Assembly (NCBI RefSeq): GCF_963921235.1
Contig: NC_086108.1
Span: forward strand, 59,150,001-59,214,000
DNA: 64,000 nucleotides
Origin: Mobula hypostoma
Lineage: Eukaryota
Direction: 5' to 3'
The notes under the pieces are model-generated. The model ran no database searches, had not been told where the DNA came from, and worked only from the letters and a program-made list of their open reading frames with translations. Made by a program: the position numbers and the translations under genes. Positions 24,290 through 36,502 of the stretch are shown piece by piece. Every line of letters begins with the position of its first letter. Positions within the stretch are counted from its first letter, which is position 1.

Positions 24290-27200
24290 GTAGAAACATA
24301 GAAAATAGGTGCAGGAGTAGGCCATTCGGCCCTTCGAGCCTGCACCGCCATTCAGTATGATCATGGCTGATCATCCAACTCAGAACCCTGTACCAGCCTT
24401 CCCTCCATACCCCCGATCCCTTTAGCCATAAGGGCCATATCTAACTCCGTCTTAAATATAGCCAATGAACTGGCCTCAACTGTTTCCTGTGGCAGAGAAT
24501 TCCACAGATTCACCACTCTCTGTGTGAAGAACTTTTTCCTAATCTCGGTCCTAAAAGGCTCCCCCTTTATCCTCAAACTGTGACCCCTCGTGCTGGACTT
24601 CCCCAACATCGGGAACAATCTTCCTGCATCTAGCCTGTCCAATCCCTTTAGGATTTTATACGTTTCAATAAGATCCCGCCTCAATCTTCTAAATTCCAAC
24701 GAGTATAAGCCTAGTACATCCAGTCTTTCATCATATGAAAGTCCTGCCATCCCAGGAATCAATCTGGTGAACCTTCTTTGTACTCCCTCTATGGCAAGGA
24801 TGTCTTTCATCAGATTAAGGGACCAAAACTGCACACAATACTCCAGGTGTGGTCTCACCAAGGCCTTGTACAACTGCAGTAGTACCTTCCTGCTCCTGTA
24901 CTCGAATCCTCTTGCTATAAATGCCAGCATACCATTCGCCTTTTTCACCGCCTGCTGTACCTGCATGCCCACTTTCAATGACTGGTGTATAATGACACCC
25001 AGGTCTCGTTGCACCTCCCTTTTTCCTAATCGGCCACCATTCAGAAAATAATCTGTTTTCCTGTTTTTGCCACCAAAGTGGATAACTTCATATTTATCCA
25101 CATTAAATTGCATCTGCCATGAATTTGCCCACTCACCTAACCTATCCAAGTCGCCCTGCATCCTCTTAGCATCCTCCTCACAGCTAACACTGCCACCCAG
25201 CTTCGTGTCATCCGCACACTTGGAGATGCTGCATTTAATTCCCTCATCCAAGTCATTAATATATATTGTAAACAACTGGGGTCCCAGCACTGAGCCTTGC
25301 GGTACCCCACTAGTCACTGCCTGCCATTCTGAAAAGGTCCCGTTTATTTCCACTCTTTGCTTCCTGTCTGCCAACCAATTCTCTATCCACATCAATACCT
25401 TACCCCCAATATCGTGTGCTTTAAGTTTGCACACTAATCTCCTGTGTGGGACCTTGTCAAAAGCCTTTTGAAAATCCAAATATACCACATCCACTGGTTC
25501 TCCCCTATCCACTCTACTAGTTACATCCTCAAAAAATTCTATGAGATTCGTCAGACATGATTTTCCTTTCAGAAATCCATGCTGACTTTGTCCAATGATT
25601 TCTCCGCTTTCCAAATGTGCTGTTATCACATCTTTGATAACTGACTCTAGCAGTTTCCCCACCACCGATGTTAGGCTAACCAGTCTATAATTCCCTGGTT
25701 TCTCTCTCCCTCCTTTTTTAAAAAGCGGGGTTACATTAGCCACCCTCCAATCCTCAGGAACTAGTCCAGAATCTAAACAGTTTTGAAAAATTATCACTAA
25801 TGCATCCACTATTTCTTGGGCTACTTCCTTAAGCACTCTGGGATGCAGGCCATCTGGCCCTGGAGATTTATCCGTCTTTAAACCCTTCAATTTACCTAAC
25901 ACCACTTCCCTACTAACATGTATTTCCCTCAGTTCCTCCATCTCACTGGACCCTCTGTCCCCTACTATTTCCGGAAGATTATTTATGTCCTCCTTAGTGA
26001 AGACAGAACCAAAGTAATTATTCAATTGGTCTGCCATGTCCTTGCTCCCCATAATCAATTCACCTGTTTCTGTCTGTAGGGGACCTACATTTGTCTTAAC
26101 CAATCTTTTTCTTTTCACATATCTATAAAAGCTTTTACAGTCAGTTTTTATGTTCCCTGCCAGTTTTCTCTCATAATCTTTTTTCCCCTTCCTAATTAAG
26201 CCCTTTGTCATCCTCTGCTGAACTCTGAATTTCTCCCAGTCCTCAGGTGAGCCACTTTTTCTGGCTAATTTGTATGCTTCTTCTTTGGAATTGATACTAT
26301 CCCTAATTTCCCTTGTCAGCCACGGGTGCACTACCTTCCTTGATTTATTCTTTTGCCAAACTGGAATGAACAATTGTTGTAGTTCATCCATGCGATCTTT
26401 AAATGCTTGCCATTGCATATCCACCGTCAGTCCTTTAAGTGTCATTTGCCAGTCTATCTTAGCTAATTCACGTCTCATACCTTCAAAGTTACCCCTCTTT
26501 AAGTTCAGAACCTTTGTTTCTGAATTAACTATGTCACTCTCCATCTTAATGAAGAATTCCACCATATTATGGTCACTCTTACCCAAGGGGCCTCTCACGA
26601 CAAGATTGCTAATTAACCCTTCCTCATTGCTCAATACCCAGTCTAGAATAGCCTGCTCTCTAGTTGGTTCCTCGACATGTTGGTTCAAAAAGCCATCCCG
26701 CATACATTCCAAGAAATCCTCTTCCTCAGCACCTTTACCAATTTGGTTCACCCAATCTACATGTAGATTGAAGTCACCCATTATAACTGCTGTTCCTGTA
26801 TTGCACACATTTCTAATTTCCGGTTTAATACCATCCCCAACCTCACTACTACTGTTAGGAGGCCTGTACACAACTCCCACCAGCGTTTTCTGCCCCTTAG
26901 TGTTATGCAGCTCTACCCATATCGATTCCACATCCTCCCGGCTTATGTCCTTCCTTTCTATTGCGTTAATCTCCTCTCTAACCAGCAACGCCACCCCACC
27001 TCCCCTTCCTTCATGTCTATCCCTCCTGAATACTGAATATCCCTGAAGGTTGAGCTCCCATCTTTGGTCACCCTGGAACCATGTCTCTGCGATCCCAACT
27101 ATATCATATTCATTAATAACAATCTGCACTTTTAATTCATCCACCTTGTTACGAATGCTCCTTGCATTGACACACAAAGCCTTCAGGCGCGCTTTCACAA

Positions 27201-27520
27201 CTCTCTTAGCCCTTATACAATTATGTTGAAAAGTGGCACTTCTTGATGCTTGCCCTGGATTTGTCGGCCTGCCACTTTTACTTTTCACCTTACTACTTTT
27301 TGCTTCTACCCTCATTTTACACCCCTCTGTCTCTCTGCACTGGTTCCCATCCCCCTGTTGTGAACTAACCTCTTCTCGTCTAGCCTCTTTAATTTGATTC
27401 TCAGCCCCCAACCATTCTAGTTTAAAGTCACCCCAGTAGCCCTCGCTAATCTCCCTGCCAGGATATTGGTCCCCCTAGGATTCAAGTGTAACCCGTCCTT
27501 TTTGTACAGGTCACGCCTGC
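24290..27520 (-). mobile_element. Young CR1 LINE, 5'-truncated within the end of ORF1, inserted antisense in host ORF1
   Basis: Tail (TTCTATGT-like) at 24291-24305. The 5' junction joins the host at gccggaag, a probable microhomology. Host reads ...GEGE|PEVVGHV across the insert. Confidence 0.97.
24361..27411 (-). CDS. CR1 ORF2 endonuclease/reverse transcriptase, 1016 codons open
   Basis: Complete APE (NARS, ETW, YRPP, GDFN, SDH) and RT (QHGF, YLDFQKAFDKV, GVPQGSVLGP, CADD). First in-frame ATG at 27315. Probable 1-bp deletion at ~24412 alters the last residues. Confidence 0.92.
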   Translation of the reverse strand: MGAENQIKEARREEVSSQQGDGNQCRETEGCKMRVEAKSSKVKSKSGRPTNPGQASRSATFQHNCIRAKRVVKARLKALCVNARSIRNKVDELKVQIVINEYDIVGIAETWFQGDQRWELNLQGYSVFRRDRHEGRGGGVALLVREEINAIERKDISREDVESIWVELHNTKGQKTLVGVVYRPPNSSSEVGDGIKPEIRNVCNTGTAVIMGDFNLHVDWVNQIGKGAEEEDFLECMRDGFLNQHVEEPTREQAILDWVLSNEEGLISNLVVRGPLGKSDHNMVEFFIKMESDIVNSETKVLNLKRGNFEGMRRELAKIDWQMTLKGLTVDMQWQAFKDRMDELQQLFIPVWQKNKSRKVVHPWLTREIRDSINSKEEAYKLARKSGSPEDWEKFRVQQRMTKGLIRKGKKDYERKLAGNIKTDCKSFYRYVKRKRLVKTNVGPLQTETGELIMGSKDMADQLNNYFGSVFTKEDINNLPEIVGDRGSSEMEELREIHVSREVVLGKLKGLKTDKSPGPDGLHPRVLKEVAQEIVDALVIIFQNCLDSGLVPEDWRVANVTPLFKKGGREKPGNYRLVSLTSVVGKLLESVIKDVITAHLESGEIIGQSQHGFLKGKSCLTNLIEFFEDVTSRVDRGEPVDVVYLDFQKAFDKVPHRRLVCKLKAHDIGGKVLMWIENWLADRKQRVEINGTFSEWQAVTSGVPQGSVLGPQLFTIYINDLDEGIKCSISKCADDTKLGGSVSCEEDAKRMQGDLDRLGEWANSWQMQFNVDKYEVIHFGGKNRKTDYFLNGGRLGKREVQRDLGVIIHQSLKVGMQVQQAVKKANGMLAFIARGFEYRSRKVLLQLYKALVRPHLEYCVQFWSLNLMKDILAIEGVQRRFTRLIPGMAGLSYDERLDVLGLYSLEFRRLRRDLIETYKILKGLDRLDAGRLFPMLGKSSTRGHSLRIKGEPFRTEIRKKFFTQRVVNLWNSLPQETVEASSLAIFKTELDMALMAKGIGGMEGRLVQGSELDDQP

Positions 27521-28250
27521 GCCGGAAGTGGTGGGGCATGTCAGCACAAATGACGTCGAGAGGATGAAGAAAGAAATTCTGCAGCGTGACTTCAGAGAAC
27601 TTGGAAGAAGGCTGAAAAGCAGGACCTCCAGGGTGGTTATCTCTGGTTTGCTTCCAGTTCCTTGTGCTGGAGAGGACAGGAACAGGGAGATAAGGCATCT
27701 GAATGTGTGGCTGAGGAGATGGTGTGGGAGGCAGGCGATTTAGATTCTTGGACCACTGGGATCTGATTTGGGGCAAGGATGAATTGTACAGAAGGGATGG
27801 GTTGCATCTTAACAGACGGGGGACCAGTATTCTGGCAGGCAGGTTTGCCACTGCTACATGGGTGTGTTTAAACTAAGTAGTGGAGGGGAGGGGACGAACT
27901 GGAAATATAAGGATGGAGTTAAAAGGAAAGAGAAAATAAGAAAAGTTAAGAAAGACAAAAGAATTAACGGGGCAGAAAGCTCAGGAAGGGATCGGAGAGT
28001 ATGGCCAAGTGCAATAGTAATCGATGTGAAAGGTGAGAGGAGTAAAAGTATAACTTTAAATGGATCAAAGGTATTATATATGAATGCATGGAGTATAAGA
28101 AATAAAGTGGATGAGCTTGAGGCTCAATTGGAAATTGACAAGTATGATGTCGTGGGAATAACAGAGACATGGCTGCAAGAGGACCAGGGCTGGAAAATGA
28201 ATATTCAGGGCTATACATCCTATCGAAAGGATAGGCAGGTTGGCAAAGGG

Positions 28251-30387
28251 CAGGGGCGATGCTAAGGTGGTGCTGGCTGGTGCTATAGCCCCAGCAGAAA
28301 TTGCAATAGCACCAGCGTAGCACCACCAAGAAATTAACTGAAATTTCACATACAAATTGCAGCTGCTTTGCTTTCTCTGTATAGTTTTGAATACAGCTTG
28401 TTTCTCCAGTTGATCTAGTGAAACAGCACCCTCAATTACCATAGCACCCACTCAGCAATAAAGTTATAAACTCTGTCAGATCCACTCTACTTATTCGTTT
28501 GTTGTCAATGTCTTGCCGTTGCTGTCCTCAGATCAGTTAAGCTGATCTAAGATCACTTAAGGTGGTGATGTCACTCACTCTCACTCACGCCAGAGATTGA
28601 TAGTATACATACATTGTGCAGGATCCATGGTCTCGCGAGACTAACAGATGCTCCCCACACACACACACACATTGTACAAGCTAGCATCAGCCTGGCACGT
28701 GCATTATTTTGGCCGGCGTGAAAAACGGATCGATTTTTAGTGAGAAAACAACCTCATCCAGAGGAATCAGTGATGTCTCAACCTGAACCTGTCTTAATTG
28801 AAAGTGACATGCAGAAAGAAGTAAGTGGGGATGAGGACGACAGCAGTTCATTGAAGGAGTGTGAGGGCGAAGTAGAGGAACAAGAAGTGGACCAGGATTC
28901 GGAAGGGGACGTGGATGAAGCTGCTCTTAGTGCTACAGGGAATACTGTTCGCAATGTTGGCCAGCAGCCTGAGGAAGGACCCCACTGGCCAGCATTGAAA
29001 AAGTACCCTTCGCTGCTCGCAACAGTTTGGCAATCAGCAAAGGAGTTTTATTCATGGCTGGTTTGACTGACTGGAATATTCGATCACGAAAGATACTATG
29101 TTCTGCTTCGCACGCAGGCATTTCCTGTGTGGAGGACATGGGTTCCATTCTGAGTCTACCTTCACTGTCACCGGTTACCGCAACTGGCGGAAAGCTACAA
29201 CAGCTTTCAAAACCCACCATGTAAGTGCAGCTCATAAGTTTGTTATGGAGGCATGGGCCGAATTCAAATTGAGAAAACAAGACGGTTCAAGATTGGGATA
29301 TATGCTTGACAAAGGACATGCAAAGAATGTCCAAGAAAATCGTGAGTAAATGAGAGCAATGGTTGAGTCTCTAGCAAGGACAGACAGTGAATGACACAGT
29401 GGAATTTCTAGCTCCAATGAGAACCTACTGTGAGGCATTTATAGATTTATACAAACTAATCTACATATCACTGACTCTACCTGTGATATCTGCCTCATGC
29501 AAACAGAGTTTCTCTTGCCTCACACGCCTCAAAAACTACTTAAGAAATAGCAACCATGATGCTCGGAACAGCAACTTGGCCCTGTTGGCCATAAACAGCC
29601 GGAGGACCAAAGCACTCGACATCCAGAAAATCATTGATGCTTTCACCACCAATCACAACAACAGATGGATTGTGCTTCTCTGAAAACATCAATGGTGAGT
29701 GCAGTTGATTTTTTAAAAATTTGGGCCAAGACTAATGCTGATTATTATTATTATTTTGTGGTGGATACCCCATAGTCCTTATGTTTGCTGCAAATCCTGG
29801 TTTGCTGACTGGTTTTGCTTAGACTTCCAAGTAGTGATTCTGTTGATTTTTGTTTTAAATTCAGTAGCCAAATTAATTGAGGTATTGCATGGTCAGAGTA
29901 CGATTTGTCCAACTCCTGGTAAAGCCTTGCAGCTGTTGTTTGCCTTATTTGACTTTAATAACGGTGTATCCTTTGGCACTTTCTGTCTATATAATGCGAA
30001 TAGCAGTGGACATTGTGAGTTAGTGTTGTGCTTTTCAGTTGAAAAGCACGCATTTGACGCTGATTGTGGGATTGGTGCGTAATTCACGTTGTGCGCTGTG
30101 GGTCGGATGCTCTGTTGGTTTGTTTGTTTACGCTTTGTGTAGCCTGGGTTGTCTCTGTTGCTGTTGACACTGTCACAGTTCACTTCTATATTATACTTAT
30201 CAATTGCTGTTGCTTGTGAATCAACAGAGGCATTTATAGTAGGCACATAATGTTTGAAACTGACTTTTGAACGCCACGCATCTGGCCTTGCGGGTACATA
30301 TTACCATTGGGTACATCCCTCAGCACCATCACTGAATAATTCAGCCCCACTGTAGCACCAGCAAGAAAAAAACTCTGGCTCCACCAG
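28251..30387 (+). mobile_element. hAT DNA transposon (ZMYM1/TTF zinc-finger type), internally deleted
   Basis: N-terminal CFARRHF..FTVTGYRNWRKA..H..S..H is fused at ~29385 to the hAT C-terminal dimerisation domain LTLPVISASCKQSFS.L.RLKNYLR. Ends CAGGGGCGATGC / TCTGGCTCCACCAG. It interrupts the host CR1 APE at the GGG codons. No clear TSD. Confidence 0.85.
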
Positions 30388-31757
30388 AGATTGGTTCTGT
30401 TGATGAGGAATGAAATTCAGTCACGTGCGAGTGGGGGGGCATACAATCAGGAGATGTAGAGTCAGTATGGATAGAACTGAGAAACTGTAAGGGCAAAAAG
30501 ACCCTAATGGGAGTTATCTACAGGCCCTCAAACAGTAGCCTAGATATAGGGTGCAAGTTAAATCAAGAGTTAAAACTGGCATGTCGCAAAGGTAATCTAT
30601 GGTTGTTATGGGGGATTTCAACATGGGGGTAGACTGGGAAAATCAGGTTGGTACTGGACTCCAAGAAAGGGAGTTTGTGGAGAGCCTCAGAGATGGATTC
30701 TTAGAGCAGCTTGTATTAGAGCCTACCAGGGAGAAGGCAATTCTGGATTTAGTGTTGTGTAATGAGCCAGATTTGATAAGGGAACTCGAGGTAAAGGAGC
30801 CATTAAGAGGTAGTGACCATAATATGATAAGTTTTAATCTAAAATTTGAGAGGGAGAAGGGAAAATCGGAAGTGTCAGTATTACAGTTGAACAAAGGGGA
30901 CTTCAGACCCATGAGGGAGGAGCTGGCTAAAGTTGACTGGAAAGATACCCTAGCAGGGATGACAGTGGAACAACAAAGGCAGGTATTTCTGGGAATAATA
31001 CAGAAGGTGTATGATCAGTTCTTTCCAGAGAGGAAGAAAGATTCTAAGTGGAGTAAGGGGTGACCGTGGATGACAAGGGAAGTCAAGGACAGTATAGAAA
31101 TAAAAGAGAGGAAATATAACATCGCAAGGATGAGCAGGAAGCCAGAGGATTGGGAGACTTTTAATGAAACAGAAGATAACTAAAAAGGCAATATGGGGTG
31201 AAAAGATGAGGTACGAAGGTAAGCTAGCCAAGAATGTAAAAGAGGATAGTAAAAGCTTCTTCAGATATGTGAAGAGGAAAAAATTAGTTAAGACCAAAGC
31301 TGGGCCCTTAAAGACAGAAACGGGTGAAATTATTATGGGGAACAAGGAAATGGCAGACGAGCTGAACAGGTACTTTGGAACTGTCTTCACTAGGGAAGAC
31401 ACAGATGATCTCCCAGATGTAATAGTGGCCAGAGGACCTAGGGTAACTGAAGGAAATTTGCATTAGGCAGAAAATGGTGTTGGGTAAACTGATGGGACTG
31501 AAGGGTGATAAATCCCCAGGGCCTGATGGTCTGCATCCCAGGGAGGTGGCTTTAAAAATTGTGGATGCATTGGTAATCATTTTCCAATGTTCTATAGATT
31601 CAGGATCAGTTTCTGTGGATTGGAGGGTAGCTAATGTTATCCCACTTTCTAAGAAAGGAGGGAGAGAGAAAACAGGCAATTATAGACCAGTTTGTCTGAC
31701 ATCAGTGGTGGGGAAGATGCTGGAGTCAATTATAAAAGATGAAATAGCGGCATATTT

Positions 31758-34723
31758 CAAAGATGTAGGGGACAAGGATGAAAAAGATAACAAAGTTGTT
31801 TGCTCCATTAAGGATAAAAAGAGAGTAAGAGTTGGAGAGTTTCTTAAATGCATCTATTTTAATGCTAGGAGCATTGTAAGAAAGGTGGATGAGCTTAGAG
31901 CATGGATTGATACCTGGAAATATGATGTTGTAGCTATTAGTGAAATGTGGTTGCAGGAGGGGTGTGATTGGCAACTAAATATTCCAGGATTTCGTTGCTT
32001 CAGGTGTGATAGAATAGGAGGGGCAAAAGGGGGAAGTATTGCATTGCTTGTCAGAGAAAATATAACAGTGGTCCTCTGGCAGGATAGATTAGTGGACTCG
32101 TCCAGGGAGGCTATTTGGGTGGAATTGAGGAATGGGAAAGGTGTAGTGACACTTATAGGGGTGTATTAGAGACCACCTAATGGGGACCGAGAACTGGAGG
32201 AGCAAATTTGTAAGGAGATAGCAGATATTTGTAGTAAGCACAAGGTTGTGACTGTGGGAGATTTTAATTTTCCACACATAGACTGGGAAGCCCATTCTGT
32301 AAAAGGTCTGAATGGTTTGGAGTTTGTCAAATGTGTGCAAGATAGTTTTTTGCAACAATACATAGAGGTACCAACTAGAGAAGGGGCAGTGTTGGATCTC
32401 CTGTTAGGGAGTGAGATAGGGCAGGTGATGGAGGTATGTGTTGGGGAGCACTTCGGGTCCAGTGATCACAATACCATTAGTTTCAATATAATTATGGAGA
32501 AGGATAGGACTGGACCCAGGGTTGAGATTTTTGATTGGAGAAAGGCTAACTTTGAGGAGATGACAAGGATTTAGAAGGAGTGGATTGGGACAATTCGTTT
32601 TATGGGGAGGATGTAATAGAGAAATGGAGGTCATTTAAAGGTGAAATTTTGAGGGTACAGGATCTTTATTTTCCTGTTAGGTTGAAAGGAAAGGTTAAAC
32701 GTTTGAGAGAGCCATGGTTTTCAAGAGATATAGGAAACTTGGTTCAGAAAAAGAGAGGGATTTACAATAAATATAGGCAGCTTGGAGTTAATGAGGTGCT
32801 TGAGGAATATAAGGAATGTAAAAAGAATCTTAAGAAAGAAATTAGAAAGGCTAAAAGAAGATGCGAGGCAGCTTTAGCAAGTAAGGTGAAAATAAATCCA
32901 AAGGGTTTCTACAGTTATATAAATAGCAAAAGGATAGTGAGGGATAAAATTGGTCCCTTAGAGAATCAGAGTGGACGGCTATGTGTGGAGCCAAAAGAGA
33001 TGGGGGAGATTTTGAACAATTTCTTTTCTTCAGTATTCACTAAGGAGAAGGATATTGAATTGTGTAAGGTAAAGGAAACAAGAAGGGTAGTTATGGAAAG
33101 TATGACAATTAAAGAAGAGGAAGTACTGGCGCTTTTAAGGAATATAAAAGTGGATAAGTCTCCGGGTCCAGACAAGATATTCCCTAGGACCTTGAGGGAA
33201 GTTAGTGTGGAAATAGCAGGGGCTCTGCCACAAATATTTCAAATGTCATTAGAAACGAGGATGGTGCTGGAGGATTGGCATATTGCTCATGTGGTTCCAT
33301 TGTTTAAAAAGGGTTCTAAGAGTAAACCTAGCAATTATCGGCCTGTTGGTTTGACGTCAGTGGTGGGTAAATTGATGGAAAGTATTCTTAGCGATGGTAT
33401 ATATAATTATCTGGATAGACAGGGTCTGATTAGGAACAGTCAACATGGATTTGTGTGTGGAAGGTCATGTTTGACAAAACTTATTGAATTTTTTGATGAG
33501 GTTACTAGGAAAGTTGACGAGGGTAAAGCGGTGGATGTTGCCTATATGGACTTCAGTAAGGCCTTTGACAAGGTTCCACACGGAAGGTTAGTTAGGAAGG
33601 TTCAATCATTAGGCATTAATATCAAAGAAATAAAATGGATTCAGCAGTGGCTGGATAGGAGACGCCAGAGAGTAGTGGTGGATAACTGTGTGTCAGATTG
33701 GAGGACGGTGTGTAGCAGTGTGCTTCAGGGATCTGTACTGGGTCCAATGTTGTTTGTCATATATATTAATGATCCGGATGATGGGGTGGTAAATTGGATT
33801 AGTAAGTATGCAGATGATACTAAGACAGGTGGCGTTGTGGATAATGAAGTAGGTTTTCAAAGCTTGCAGAGAGATTTAGGCCAGTTAGAAGAGTGGGCTG
33901 AAAGATGGCAGATGGAGTTTAATGCTGAAAAATGTGAGGTGCTACACTTTGATAGGACTAATCAAAATAGGACATACATGGTTAATGGTAGGGCATTGAA
34001 GAATACTGTAGAACAGAGGGATCGAGGAATAATGGTGCAGAGTTCCCTGAAGGTGGAATCTCATGTGGATAGGGTGGTGAAGAAAAAGCTTTTGGTATAC
34101 TGGCCTTTATAAATCAGAGCATTGAGTATAGGAGTTGGGATGTAATGTTGAAATTGTATGAGGCATTGGTAAGGCCAAATTTGGAGCATTGTGTACAGTT
34201 CTGGTCACCGAATTACAGGAAAGATGTAATAAAATTGAGAGAGTACAGAGGAGATTTACTAAAATGTTGCCTGGGTTTCACCTCCTAAGTTACAGAGAAA
34301 GGTTGAACAAGTTAGGTCTTTATTCTTTGGAGCGTAGAAGGTTGAGAGGGGACTTGATAGAGGTGTTTAAAATTATGAGGGGGATTGATAGAGTTGACGT
34401 GGATAGGCTTTTTCCATTGAGAGTGGGGGAGATACAAACAAGAGGACATGAGTTGAGAGTTAAAGGGCAAAAGTTTAGGGGTAACATGAGGGGGAACTTC
34501 TTTACTCAGAGAGTGGAGGCTGTGTGGAACGAGCTTCCAGCAGAAGTGGTTGAGGTAGGTTCTATGTTGTCGTTTAAAGTTAAATTGGATAGATACATGG
34601 ACAGGGAGGGAATGGAGGGTCATGGACCGAGTGCAGGTCGGTGGGACTAGGTGAGAGTAGGAGTTCGGCATGGACTAGAAGGGTCGAGATGGCCTGTTTC
34701 CGTGCTGTAATTGTAATATGGTT
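31758..34723 (+). mobile_element. CR1 LINE of another subfamily, 5'-truncated, nested in host ORF2
   Basis: APE (FNARS, GDFN, SDH) and RT (YADD) in ORFs 32248..32574, 32580..34112 and 34189..34650. TSD ATATTT at 31752-57 and 34724-29. Confidence 0.95.
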
Positions 34724-36274
34724 ATATTTGGATAGCAGTAGCAGGATAGGTCCGAGTCCGCATGGATTTATGAAGGGGAAATCATGCTTGACTAATCTTC
34801 TTGAATTTTTTGAGGATGTAACTATGAAAATGGACATGGGAAAGCCAGTGGATGTAGTGTACTTGGACTTTCAAAAAGCCTTTGATAAAGTCCCACATAG
34901 GATGTTAGTGGGCAAAATTAGAGCACATGGTATTGGGGGCAGGGTACTGACATGGATAGAAAATTGGTTGGCAGACAGGAAACAAAGAGTAGGGATTAAC
35001 AGGTCCTTTTCAGAATGGCAGGCAGTGACTAGTGGGGTACCGCAAGGCTCGGTGCTGGGATCTCAGCTATTTACAATATACATTAATGATTTGGATGAAG
35101 GAATTAAAAGTAACATTAGCAAATTTGCAGATGACACAAAGCTGGGTGACAGTGTGAAATGTGAGGAGAATGTTATGAGAATACAGGGTGACTTGGACAG
35201 GTTGCGAGAGTGGGAAGATGCATGGCAGATGCAGTTTAATGTGGATAAATGTGAGGCTAGAACAGGAAGGCAGGTTATTATCAGAATGGTGTCAAGTTAG
35301 GAAAAGGGGAAGTACAACGAGATCTGGGTGTCCTTGTTCATCAGTCATTGAAAGTAAGTGTACAGGTACAGCAGGCAGTGAAGAAAGCTAATGGCATGCT
35401 GGCCTTCATAACAAGGGGAGTTGAGTATAGGAGCAAAGAGGTCCTTCTGCAGCTGTACAGGGCCCTGGTGAGACCACTTCTGGAGTATTGTGTGCAGTTT
35501 TGGTCTCCAAATTTGAGGAAGGACATTCTTGCTATGGAGGGAGTGCAGCGTAGGTTCACTGGGTTAATTCCAGGGATGGCAGGAATGTCATATATTGAAA
35601 GATTGGAGCGACTGGGCTGTATACACTGGAATTTAGAAGGATGAGAGGGGATCTGATTGAAATATATAAGATTATTAAGGGATTGGACTCGCTAGAGGCA
35701 GGAAACATGTTCCTGATGTTGGGGGAGTCCAGAACCAGAGGCCACAGTTTAAGAATAAGGGGTAGACCATTTAGAACGGAGTTCAGGAAAAACATTTTCA
35801 CACAGAGGGTTGTGGATCTGTGGGATGCTCTGTCAAAGAAGGCAGTGGAAGCCATTTCTCTGGACTCTTTCAAGAAAGAGTTAGATAGAGCTCTTAAAGA
35901 TAGCGGAGTCAAGGGATATGGGGAGAAGGCAGGAACAGGGTACTGATTGTGGATGATCAGCTATGATCACAGTGAGTGGCGGTGCTGGCTCGAAGGGCTG
36001 AATGGCCTACTCCTGCACCTATTGCCTATTGTCTATTGTTTAAGTGTCCAACAATAATCAGCCAGCATTAATGGATTCCAGTTGCCCTGATACTGTTTCT
36101 CCATGACTGCAGTGTTCTGGTGAAACCTGTCACCATGCTCATCACTGACAGTGCCAAGATTTGCAGGGAAAAAGTCTAAATGGGAATGCAGAAAATGAAT
36201 CTTTGATGACATGTTGCACTTCATGGTTTTGTATGCTTGAAGCATGTTGCCAACCAGCTGCACTTAGTGCTCTG

Positions 36275-36502
36275 AACTAAAATGTGTAAACTTCAGAATC
36301 AGATATTGTGAAATTTGTTTTGCAGCAGCAGTACAGTACAAAGACATGAAAATCTGCAAATTGCAGAAATAAATAAATAGTGTTAAAAAGAAACAATAAG
36401 GCAGTGTTCATGACCATTCAGAAATCTGTCGATGGAGAGAAGGAAGCTGTTCCTGAATCATTGAGTATGGGTCTTCAGGCTCATGTATTAGCAGTAATGG
36501 TG
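36275..36502. repeat. Local duplicate of 37186-37415 (Rex1 tail fragment plus flank)
   Basis: Both copies start aactaaaatgtgtaaacttcagaatcagatattgtg, share the same internal deletions and end cagtaatggtg. Confidence 0.9.

Larger units (their letters stand above)
23510..36038 (+). mobile_element. Full-length CR1 LINE (~4.2 kb own sequence) carrying three nested insertions
   Basis: 5' UTR; ORF1 from ATG 23719 (CDAC..CGKC, GDS); ORF1 resumes at 27521; ORF2 pieces at 27858-28250, 30390-31757 and 34724-35946; (CTATTGT)n tail; TTG duplicated at both junctions. Confidence 0.93.

Noticed and set aside
23692..24360. 222-aa zinc-finger/esterase ORF with an odd C-terminus
   Set aside because: Host CR1 ORF1 reading into the antisense tail of the nested CR1.
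26270..27046. Long plus-strand ORFs opposite LINE ORF2 (also 24590, 25067, 8498 and others)
   Set aside because: Antisense shadows of RT/APE coding sequence with no independent motifs.
27417..27851. 144-aa ORF
   Set aside because: Chimera of antisense host ORF1 and the end of the nested element's ORF1.
31474..32169. 231-aa ORF with an RT segment followed by an endonuclease segment (apparently novel domain order)
   Set aside because: Chance in-frame junction at 31757/31758 between the host CR1 and the nested CR1.
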